Origin: Antedon mediterranea | Taxonomy: Eukaryota > Animalia > Echinodermata | Assembly: GCF_964355755.1 (NCBI RefSeq) | Contig: NC_092674.1 | Location: forward strand, 25,606,001-25,670,000 | Direction of reading: 5' to 3' | DNA length: 64,000 nucleotides | In this document: piece by piece, positions 13,413 to 24,027 of the stretch | How the letters are laid out: each line of letters opens with the position of its first letter | Numbering within the stretch: position 1 is the stretch's first letter | Notes under the pieces: model-generated | Told to the model about the DNA's origin: nothing | Seen by the model: only the letters and a program-made list of their open reading frames with translations | Database searches by the model: none | Position numbers and translations under genes: made by a program

Positions 13413-14666
13413 TATTCAGTATGGTAATACTAAAGGTTCATCTACTATACATTATCTTGTGGATATGTTAAATTATGTTTATGAAAGTCTTGACAAGCCC
13501 AAACAATCAGTTGAACTCTGTACAATTGATTTTACTAAGGCCTTTGATAGAGTTAATCATACAATTATTATAGATAAATTAATTAAACTTGGAGTTAGGT
13601 CATCCATTGTTTCCATCGTCTGCAGCTTTCTGTGTGAAAGAACTCCTACTACCAAACTTGGCACGCACATTTCTTCCACCAAATCAATCTCTTGTGGGGT
13701 ACCACAGGGAACCAAACTGGGACCCATACTATTCTTGGTTCTAGTAAATGATGCTGCCATTGAAAGTTGTAGGCGTTGGAAATTTGTGGATGACCTGACT
13801 CTAGGGGAAGTAACCAAATGTGGTGCTTCCTCCAACTTACAAGTGTCCTTAATAGTGTCAGTGAGTGGTGTGCATCTAATGATGTTCTACCTAAACCAGC
13901 TAAATGCCAAGTAATTGAATTTAACTTTTTAAAGCAACGGCAGCTTAATTTAGTATACACTATTGATAACTTTAATCTTCCAATAGTTGGTAAGTTAAAA
14001 CTGCTTGGTGTAATAATCCAAAATGACCTCAAATGGGGTTCAAATGTTAATGATATAACATCAAGAGCCTCGCGTAGACTATTCTCACTATGTATCCTGA
14101 AAAGGTCTAGGGCACCAGTCAGTGACCTGGTTACAGTATTTACAGTACATCATATATCAGACCTGTGCTGGAATATGCCTGCCAGGTTTGGCATTCATCA
14201 TTAACTGTTCAGCAATCTAATTTAATAGAAAAAATTCAAAAACGGGCATTGCGCATAATTTTGAGCCCACATTACGTTAGCTATGAATTAGCCTTAGAGC
14301 AAGTAGGTTTGCCTTCTTTAAAGTCCCGTAGAGAACAGATTCTTCTCAAGTTTAGCAAGAGTCTTTTAGAATCTACAAAAATTTAGAAATATGTTACCAG
14401 CATATAAATCTGATAGACATTCAAGATCGTTAAGGAGCAATACTAGCTCAAAGTTGGATTCTTGCAGATGTCGTACAGAAAGATATAGGCGGTCTACTAT
14501 TCCGCACTTAGCACGAATCCTTTAAGTTTAAGTTTAATGTTTAGTTCAGATCTCTTTTGATGTATTTTACTTCTCAGTTTATGATTGTAATCCAACCTTT
14601 TCAGCTCTTGCTGCTGGTGGGAATTTGATGTTTTTTTATACCTTAATAAATAAAAAAATAAAAAAA
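13403..14666 (+). mobile_element. 5'-truncated non-LTR retrotransposon (CR1/L2-group-like), frameshifted reverse transcriptase and 3' end
   Basis: RT motifs QYG, IDFTKAFDRVNH, GVPQGTKLGPILF, FVDD, KLLGV and LEYACQVW are spread over three frames. AATAAA/A-rich tail at 14645-14666; 5-bp target duplication TATCC at 13398-13402 and 14667-14671. Absent from the other units. Confidence 0.93.
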
Positions 14667-16905
14667 TATCCATCCTAGGTTTGTTACTGAACCAAGAACA
14701 CAGTATAAATAGAATACTTAATATTAATGAGGAATGATAGTCACCATTTATTAATATACATTTCTGTTTTATTTTATTGTACACAAATAATGAAACTAAT
14801 AAAATAAATATTTTTTTATATATATACAGAATTTCTCCTTTGGCGATCAATAATAAAATTATTCTGATTGTCTGATTCTAAAACCTATAATTCTGAGGCT
14901 GAAGATATAGCACAGTATGATGCTATTCTAGTAATGTAATTTTAAAAAGTCAAATAAGACTAAAAATTATCTGAATTACAACATAATAAATATACAGTAT
15001 ACAGTATATGTTTAAATAAAAGTTATTATTAACCAATAAAATACAAGCAACAAATTCAATTCATTCAATGTTTTATTTTAATTAATTGATAATAATGCTT
15101 CTTTTCATATTTCAAGTTTAAACTTCATAAATTAAAGTTCTAAAGAATTTGTCCAAATGTCGTGCAGTGTCCACCTTGTCACAGTCACTAAACTATAGCA
15201 TTCTGGATAGTTTTTTATATAATAACAAAATATTAAACGCAAGCATTAAAAATACGAGTAAATGGAAAACATAGAGCAGGGAAGAGACTCTTTGTTGGTA
15301 TTTTTCTTGTATCTACTGTACATTATAATACTCCTGGTCTTGTGTTGAGAGATAAAGCTAGATCCTGCAAAGTATATGTATTTTACTTAATAAATAAAAG
15401 GGTTACAAAAATAAGACTAATGAAATACAGAAACCAATAATGTCTTAATTTTCTAAAAATAATTTTTTTTTACAAATTCAATTTTACAGCGGCATGAAAT
15501 CACCACAACAAAGTTTCAGATGGTATATAAATATTAGTCTAGATGGAATAAGGATAAATGCCAACAAAATCTGTTCACTTTCATTGTTATCGTAACATGA
15601 ACATCTAGCGACTTTACTGCTAAGCGATTTATCAACTGATGAAACAGTTGGAAAGATTAAAGAATAAATTGTTCATTAAATCACAACATGACGCTGTGAG
15701 GAAAAGTATTTAACGAAAGATAAATAAGTTGGTAATCGCAGTATTTGTTGCGATACTGGCCGGATGTTCATTTTTTTTATCATTTAAAATGTATAAACCA
15801 TATCGTGTTTAATAAATTGAACAATGACATGTATATCTAACAGCTTGAAAATGGATTAATAAATACAGAGAAAAACAACATTGCATTTATTGATACATCA
15901 ACAAGTCAAAGGGAAACATCCAGTTTACTGATCAACAGAAAATACTAAACATTCTAGAAATAAAAAGTGATCTTGGGTAAGTACATTATTATTATTCAGT
16001 ATATTGTTTTACTTTAGGTAATAATTAATAATAATAATAATATTAATAATTAATAATAATAATGTTATAGTTCTTTATACCTGACAACCAAATTACAGTG
16101 GGTCAGTACCAACAGGATCAATTGACTTGAACAATACTCTAAACAACTACAGTATTAATTAACATAAAAGTGATTTAGTGGGAGTTAGAAATGATGTTAA
16201 ATTAAAATCCCAGTTGTAAATTTGATTCTTTAAATAGCAAGATCCTACTTTACTCATTCCATTTTCTAACTTTTGTATCTCTTTACATGCACCTCTAGTC
16301 TAGGTTGTATAGATGGTGATTTGTGGTCTTACTGCTTGAGTAATACTCTAAACTAACTAGAACTAGTGTATAACATAATAATAGGTGTTTGGTTTGATTG
16401 GATTTAGTTTGTAAAAATTAAAATCTCAGTTGTGAATTTTATTCTTAAAAAGCAAGATCCTATCCAATACTACTATACTCATTTCATTTTCAAACTTTTG
16501 TACCTCTTTACAAGTAGTCTAGGTTGTAAATGGTAATTTAGCTAAATATTAAAAAGAAAAACATTTTTGAACATTTGGTGTCATAATTATACTTGAGCTA
16601 AAATAAATTTGGTTTTTTTAAATCGAAATGCTCACTGGTGGCCCTATGTAAAAAGAAATAACAAGTCCATACATAAGCATTATTATCTGTATTTTGTAGT
16701 TAGATTGATGGTACAGATATGTCAGATAATAGTTCAGATTGGTTTTAGTGCCAAAATAGCTTCTTTTTTTTCTTTTACAGTACCTTAAGTTGCTGAATTA
16801 AAAAAGTTAGGTGTAATTTTTTCGACCACCCTTTCATTCAGCTGCCATTAGAAAAAAATATATGGCACCGAAGATTGTGCTGGGAAACAGAATAAACGTT
16901 CTAAA

Positions 16906-17145
16906 GTTACACTTGATTTGGCTCTTAATAATATTGTAGTACAGGATCGTTTTTGGTGTTCTGCCCTTTAGTTTTTAATAATTTTATATTTGTCTTGCTT
17001 GCAGTAAATGAAATAAATAGTATTGTTACACTTGATTTGGCTCTTAATAATATTGTAGTACAGGATCGTTTTTGGTGTTCTGCCCTTTAGTTTTTAATAA
17101 TTTTATATTTGTCTTGCTTGCAGTAAATGAAATAAATAGTATTGT
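16906..17145. repeat. 119-bp direct tandem duplication in the intron of copy 5
   Basis: gttacacttgatttggctc...aaatagtatt starts at 16906 and again at 17025; single in all other units. Confidence 0.9.
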
Positions 17146-17299
17146 ATAAACTTCAGAAAGTTATCAGGTTTGAGGTTCAAACTTTAGATCCATGGGACCC
17201 TCAACATGTAGTTATTTTATTGATATTAACTTCTACTTTTTTTAAACAAAGACTTTGTATGAAAAAATGATAATTAAAAACTTTGATTACAGATTCAAC

Positions 17300-18112
17300 A
17301 TGTTGCTTGCAATTAGTATCATTTACATCATGGTGATCCAATCAGCCGCTCTAGCAGAACCTGAAGCTTGTAATAGTTGTAGTGCTGGGGTTCCTGGCAT
17401 TCCAGGACATCATGGTAATCCAGGCGCAATTGGACCACAAGGAATAAATGGAGAAAAGGGAATAAAAGGAGAATATGGAGAACAAGGAATGAATGGACAA
17501 CACGGAATGAAAGGAGAAAATGGACAAGGAATGAAAGGAGAAAAAGGACTGAAAGGAGAACAAGGAATGAATGGAGAACAAGGACTTAAAGGTGATAATG
17601 GAAAGAATGGACTAGATGGGATTCCAGGGAAATTAGGACCACAGGGACCACGAGGACCTATTGGGCTACCAGGTGCAATTGGCGCAAAAGGTGAAAAAGG
17701 TGAACAAACCAATATAACTAAATCAGCCTTTACAGTAGCTTTTAAAAGACCCCCAGGTCGTCCTACTGGCCCGTTAAAGTATGACACAACAATTACAAAT
17801 TTAGGAAGTCACTACAACACTGAAACAGGCAAGTTTGTCTGTGAAATTCCAGGTGTTTATGTATTTCAAGTCACGTCACAAAAAACTTCAGGAACTAGTA
17901 AAGTAGGAACAGCAATGATCAGAAATGGGAACCGTCAAGTTTCCACAATGACACATTTTGATACATATAGTTCAGTAAGCACAATGGTGGTACTTGATCT
18001 AGTAGTAGGTGATGAAGTATGGACTGAACCATTTAATTCACAATATAACTATTACTATAGTGACAGCAATGGATATTGCTCATTCTCAGGTTTCTTGCTT
18101 TATCCATCCTAA
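17300..18112 (+). CDS. Secreted collagen-like C1q-domain protein, copy 5, 270 aa (closest to copy 1)
   Basis: Same architecture, CNSC motif and one collagen interruption (GEN-GQ-GMK). Head and 3' flank are almost identical to copy 1. Confidence 0.92.
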   Translation: MLLAISIIYIMVIQSAALAEPEACNSCSAGVPGIPGHHGNPGAIGPQGINGEKGIKGEYGEQGMNGQHGMKGENGQGMKGEKGLKGEQGMNGEQGLKGDNGKNGLDGIPGKLGPQGPRGPIGLPGAIGAKGEKGEQTNITKSAFTVAFKRPPGRPTGPLKYDTTITNLGSHYNTETGKFVCEIPGVYVFQVTSQKTSGTSKVGTAMIRNGNRQVSTMTHFDTYSSVSTMVVLDLVVGDEVWTEPFNSQYNYYYSDSNGYCSFSGFLLYPS

Positions 18113-19577
18113 AGTTTCTACTCAACCAAGAAAGCAGTTATAAATAGGAATACAATTCAATCACTGAGATAAATATAAATACCTAGGTAAAGTGAAATGT
18201 CAATGTATTTACAATGGAGGAATTATACCATTGTAATCATACATTTCAGTTTTATTTTAATGTACACAAATAATAAAACATAAAAGCTATAATTCTAAAG
18301 GCTGAAGATATAGTACAGTATGATACTAGTCTAGTTGAAACCAAAAAGTCAAAGAAGACTAAAAGTTATCTGAATTACAACATAATGAATATATTTAAAT
18401 GCATGTTATTATTAATAATTAATATACAGTATGTTTAAATGTATTTTACTTAATGATGTATTGTCCCTTGAAACACAAAAAAATGAAGGTCAAAATATTC
18501 TAAATTTAAAGTGGCCATATCAAAGTAATATTAAAGTTATTCACTTTAAGTCGAAAATTTAAGCCAAAACAACAAGTTTACGTAATTAACAGGTAAATTA
18601 GTTTGATTACATTTCATCTGGAAAATCGTCACGAGCGAAAGTAAACAAAGATTTCAAACCATGAGTACGCATTATGCATGCCAAATTAGGATTGTTTACA
18701 ACTCGTCACGGTTAAGAAGGTATTTTCACACAGATCATGAAGAAGTTTTATGATTATGCATACAGAGTATATATAGCCAAACAAGCGCGTTTCATTATGG
18801 GATATATTTTGATTGAAAACTTTGACTGGAAGTCAAAGTTATTTTTTTAACAAAAAAACGTCTGTATTTCAGTTAAATTTTTTTTATACAGTATATGTTT
18901 AAATGCATGTTATTATTACTCAATAAAATAAAAGCAACAAATATTCATGTTTTATTTTAAGTTATTGATATTAATGCTTCTGTTCATATTTCAAGTTTAA
19001 ACTTCATAATTGAAAGTTCTAAGAATTTGTCTCTCCAACTTGTCACAGTCACCAAACGATAGCATTCTGGATAGTCATGATTACAAAATATTAAACGCAA
19101 GCATTGAAAATAGAGTTACTGTATGTTAATGTTAACATAGAGCAGGGAAGAGACTCTTTCTTGGTATAGAGCCAACTCCTAATATTCTACTGTCTGTACA
19201 TTATAATACTCCTGGTCTTGTGTTGAGAGATAAAGCTAGATCCTGCAAAGTATATTGTATTTTACTTAATAAATAAAAGATATACAGAAACAAATACTGT
19301 CTGGTTAATTTTCTAAAAATTTTTTTTATTTGTTACAAATTCAATTTTACAGCGACAAAATCACCACAAAAAACTTTCAGATGGTACAGTATATCAATAT
19401 TAGTTTAGATTGAATAAGGATAAATGCCAACAAAATCGGTTCACTTTCATTCTTATCGTAACATGAACATCTAGCGACTTTACTGCTAAGCGATTTATCA
19501 ACTAATGAAACAGTTTGAAAGATTAAAGAATAAATTGTTCATTAAATCACAACATGATGCTGTGAGGAAAAGTATTT

Positions 19578-19879
19578 ATGGGTGATAATGGAAAGAATGG
19601 ACTAGATGGGATACCAGGGAAATTAGGACCACAGGGACCTCGAGGACCTTTTGGGCTACCAGGTTCAATTGGTGCAAAAGGTGAAAAGGGTGAACAAACC
19701 AATATAACTAAATCAGCCTTTACAGTAGCTTTTAAAAGAAGCCCAGGTTGTCCTACATACTTGATTTAGTAGTAGGTGATGAAGTATGGACTCAGCCATT
19801 TAATTCAGTATATAACTATTACTATAGTGACAGCAATGGATATTGCTCATTCTCAGGTTTCTTGTTTTATCCATCCTAG
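19578..19879 (+). pseudogene. 5'-deleted C1q pseudogene with an additional ~223-bp frameshifting internal deletion
   Basis: Same junction as the 3076 copy. cctac is joined to atacttgatttag, which equals loss of 3255-3477, and an early stop follows. Confidence 0.9.
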
Positions 19880-20563
19880 GTTTGTTACTCAACCAAGAAC
19901 ACAGTATAAATAGAATACTTACTATTAATGAGGAATGATAATCACCATTTATTAATATACATTTCTGTTTTATTTTATTGTACACAAATAATGAAACTAA
20001 TAAAATAAATATTTTTATATATATACAGAATTTCTCCTTTGGCGATCAATAATAAAATTATTCTGATTGTCTGATTCTAAAACCTATAATTCTGAGGCTG
20101 AAGATATAGTACAGTATGATGCTATTCTAGTTAATTTTAAAAAGTCAAATAAGACTAAAAATTATCTGAATTACAACATAATAAATATATTCAGTATATG
20201 TTTAAATAAAAGTTATTATTAACCAATAAATACAAGCAACAAATTCAATTTATTCAATGTTTTATTTTAATTAATTGATAATAATGCTTCTTTTCATATT
20301 TCAAGTTTAAACTTCATAAATTAAAGTTCTAAAGAATTTGTCCAAATGTCGTGCAGTGTCCACCTTGTCACAGTCACCAAACTATAGCATTCTGGATAGT
20401 TTTTTAAATGATAACAAAATATTAAACGCAAGCATTAAAAATACGAGTAAATGGAAACCATAGAGCAGGGAAGAGACTCTTTGTTGGTATTTTTCTTGTA
20501 TCTACTGTACATTATTATACTCCTGGTTTTATGTTGAGAGATAAAGCTATAGGTCCTGCAAAG

Positions 20564-20912
20564 GTTCCCCAATTCACTCAAATCAATACAAAATAATGCA
20601 ACCTTCAAAATAAAACTTAAAGAATATTTTAATAATGAACAGCTTGGAATTTCAGTTTAATTAAGTTATTTTTAATATTGTTTTTTTGATGTTATCTGGT
20701 CTTGTATGTATTTTCTTGTTTTTTCATTTTTACTGAGTCATACTTAATGATAATTGTACTAGGCCCAACCACTCACTTTTCAGTCATTACGGATTGGACC
20801 CCATTGGAAATAAGTTTACTTTTTTGTCGACTTAATGGGTTATCCAGGTATTCTCTTTTATACAGTGTATATTTTAACTTTTATGTATGAATATCGAATA
20901 AAATCAATCAAT
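20564..20912 (+). mobile_element. 349-bp 3' end of a non-LTR retrotransposon
   Basis: Absent from sister units. TSD CAAAG at 20559-20563 and 20913-20917; AATAAA plus (ATCA)n tail. Starts with the ORF2-like C-terminus FPNSLKSIQNNATFKIKLKEYF. Confidence 0.85.
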
Positions 20913-22342
20913 CAAAGTATATGTATTTTACTTAATAAATAAAAGGGTTACAAAAGTAAGACTAATGAAATACAGAAACCAATAATGTCTGCTTAATTTT
21001 CTAAAAATAATTTTTTTTACAAATTCAATTTTTACAGCCACATGAAATCACCCCAACAAATTTTTAGATGGTATATCAATATTAGTCTAAATGGAATAAG
21101 GATAAATGCCAACAAAATTGGTTCACTTTCAATGTTATCGTAACATGAACATCTAGCAACTTTACTGCTAAGCGATTTATCAACTGATGAAACAGTTTGA
21201 AAGATTAAAGAATAAATTGTTCATTAAATCACAACATGATGCTGTGAGGAAAAGTATTTAAAGAAAGAAAAATAAGTTGGTAATCGCAATATTTGTCTAT
21301 AAATAGTTTGGCGGAAATCAAACATTTAGAAAAAAATTGTTATTTTATCATGGCAAATGTATAAACCATATCGTGTTTACAAAATTGAACAATGACGTGT
21401 ATATCTAACAGCTTGAAAATGGATTTATATACATATAAATACACAGAAAAACAACATTACATTTATTAATACATCAACAAGTCAAAGGGAAACATCCAGT
21501 TTACTGATCAACAGAAAATACCAAACATTCTAGAAATAAAAAGTGATCTTGGGTAAGTACATTATTATTATTCAGTATTTTTGTACTTTAGATAATAATA
21601 ATAATAATAATAATAACACTAATAATAATAATAATACTGTTATAGTTCTTTATACCTGACAACCAAATTAAAGTGAGTCAGTACCAACAGGATCAATTGA
21701 CTTAAACAACACTCTAAACAACTACAGTAGAAATTAAATTAAGTGATTTTGGTGGGAGTTAAAAATGATTTTAAATTAAAACCCCAGTTGTAAATTTGAT
21801 TCTTTAAAAGGCAAGATCCTACTTTACTCATTCCATTTTCTAACTTGTGTATCTCTTACTGTACATGCACCTCTAGTCTAGGTTGTATAGAGATGATGAT
21901 TTGTGGTCTTATTGCTTAAGTATTACTCTAAACTAACTAGAACTAGTGTATAACGTAATAATGGATGTATAACATAATAATGGGTGTATGGTTTGATTGG
22001 ATTTAGTTATGAATTTTATTCTTAAAAAGCAAGATCCAATCCAATACTACTATACTCATTTCATTTTCAAACTTTTGTACCTCTTTACAAGTAGTCTAGG
22101 TTGTAAATGGTAATTTAGCTTAATAATTATTAATATTAAACAGAAAAACATTTTGGAAAATTTGGTGTCATAATTATAATTTAGCTAAAATAAATTTTGT
22201 TTTTTTAATAGAAATGCTTACTGGTGGCCCTATGTAAAAAGAAATAACAATTCCATACTAAAGCATTATTACCTGTAGTATCTGTATTTTGTTAGATTGA
22301 TGGTGCTAAAGATATGTCAAATAATAGTTCAGATTGTTTTTA

Positions 22343-22881
22343 AAATTAAATCATCAACATTTTTATTCCTTTATCAATATAAAAAACATATACAAATACA
22401 ATACAAATAATATGATAATGGAATGGGATACAAAATAAGCACAAGTGCTTTTAAGCATGTAACCCTAACAAAAAAGATCAAACATTAGTACTGTACAAAC
22501 AAAAAAGAACAAACCAAAATAACATAATGTGATTTACTTAACTTAAATATTTCTATTGTTATAATGCTGCTTTAATCTCTGTTTAAACAAACTTAGAGTG
22601 GGGGATTGTTTTATATAATCTGTTTAATTGTTCCAAATATGTGTTCCTTGGTAGGAAATACATTGCTGTCCAACTTTGGTGCATTTTAGTTGTGGACAGT
22701 AGTTTGACCTGTTTCTAGTTGAGTAATTATGGAATGAGGCAGATGTACTAAATAAGTTATTAAATGATTCAGGTAATAGATTATGTTTATTGATACATAA
22801 ATATAGCACTAAGCAGTGTGTTTCGTATAAAGATCAACAATATTTAATGTTTGGGTCAAAATAAAAAGTGAATGAGAAGGA
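22343..22881 (-). mobile_element. 3' end of a CR1/L2-group LINE in the intron of copy 6
   Basis: Interrupts cagattg(g)tttt...tgccaaaatagc. The minus-strand peptide LLPESF...HNYSTR...GTHIWN is typical of an ORF2 C-terminus. The same 3' UTR occurs inverted at 32337-32588. Confidence 0.85.
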
Positions 22882-23304
22882 TGCCAAAATAGCTTTTTTT
22901 GGCTACCTTTATCTTGAGTTGCTGAATTAAAAAATGTTATGTGTTATTTTTTTTCGACCATCTTTCAGTTACCATTTAACAACATTTTGTGGCACCAAGA
23001 TTAAGCTGGAAAACAGAATATTAAAACCTTATAATGTTACACTTGATTTAGCCCATAATAATGTAGTACAAGATCGTTTGTGGTGTTTTTTTGTTGTTAG
23101 TTTTTAATTATTTATTCAAAAACACACAATAAAAATAATGTACAAAGTTCAGAAAGTTATCAGGTTTCAAATTTTAGATCAATGAGGCCCAACATTTAAT
23201 TATTTTATAGTAAATACAGGTATTAACTTCTTTTTTTTTTTTTAATAAAGATATGTGTACTGTATGAAAAAATGATAATTAAAAACTTTGATTTTAGATT
23301 CAAG

Positions 23305-24027
23305 ATGTTGCTTGCAATTAGTATCGTCTACATCATGGTGATCCAATCAGCCGCTCAAGCGAAACCTGAAGCTTGTAATAGTTGTTGTAGTGCTGGGGTT
23401 CCTGGCATTCCAGGAAATCATGGTAATCCAGGCGCAATTGGACCACAAGGAATAAATGGAGAAAAGGGAATGAAAGGAGAATATGGACTGAAAGGAGAAC
23501 AAGGAATGAAAGGAGAACAAGGAATGAATGGTGAACATGGAATAAAAGGTGATCGAGGACCAGGGGGACCTCAAGGACCTATTGGGCTACCAGGTTCAAT
23601 TGCCGCAAAAGGTGAACAAACCAATATTACTAAATCAGCCTTTACAGTAGCTTTTAAAAGAAGCCTAGACCGTCCTACTGGCCCATTAATGTATGACACA
23701 ACAATTACAAATGTAGGAAGTCACTACAACACTGAAACAGGCAAGTTTGTCTGTGAAATTCCAGGTGTTTATGTATTTCAAGTCACGTCAGCAAAAGATG
23801 CAGGAACTGGTAGAGTAGGAACAAAAATGATGAGAAATGGAAACCAACAAGTTTCCACACTGTCACATTCTGATACATTTGATTCAGTAAGCACAATGGT
23901 GGTACTTGATTTAGTAGTAGGTGATGAAGTATGGACTGAGCCATTAAATACAATATATCATAACTATTACTATAGTAACAGAAATGGATATTGCTCATTC
24001 TCAGGTTTCTTACTTTATCCATCCTAA
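23305..24027 (+). CDS. Secreted collagen-like C1q-domain protein, copy 6 (terminal, most divergent), 240 aa
   Basis: Acceptor ttttAG before ATG 23305. Shorter collagen stalk (23 triplets, then AAK-GEQ) and a one-residue insertion in the last variable segment (PLNTIYHN). Confidence 0.92.
   Translation: MLLAISIVYIMVIQSAAQAKPEACNSCCSAGVPGIPGNHGNPGAIGPQGINGEKGMKGEYGLKGEQGMKGEQGMNGEHGIKGDRGPGGPQGPIGLPGSIAAKGEQTNITKSAFTVAFKRSLDRPTGPLMYDTTITNVGSHYNTETGKFVCEIPGVYVFQVTSAKDAGTGRVGTKMMRNGNQQVSTLSHSDTFDSVSTMVVLDLVVGDEVWTEPLNTIYHNYYYSNRNGYCSFSGFLLYPS

Noticed and set aside
13306-14386. RT beside variable genes read as a diversity-generating retroelement, or a C1q-RT fusion ORF
   Set aside because: The RT is a frameshifted, 5'-truncated LINE with tail and TSD, out of frame with C1q. 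The variation is not adenine-specific and there is no template/variable repeat pair.
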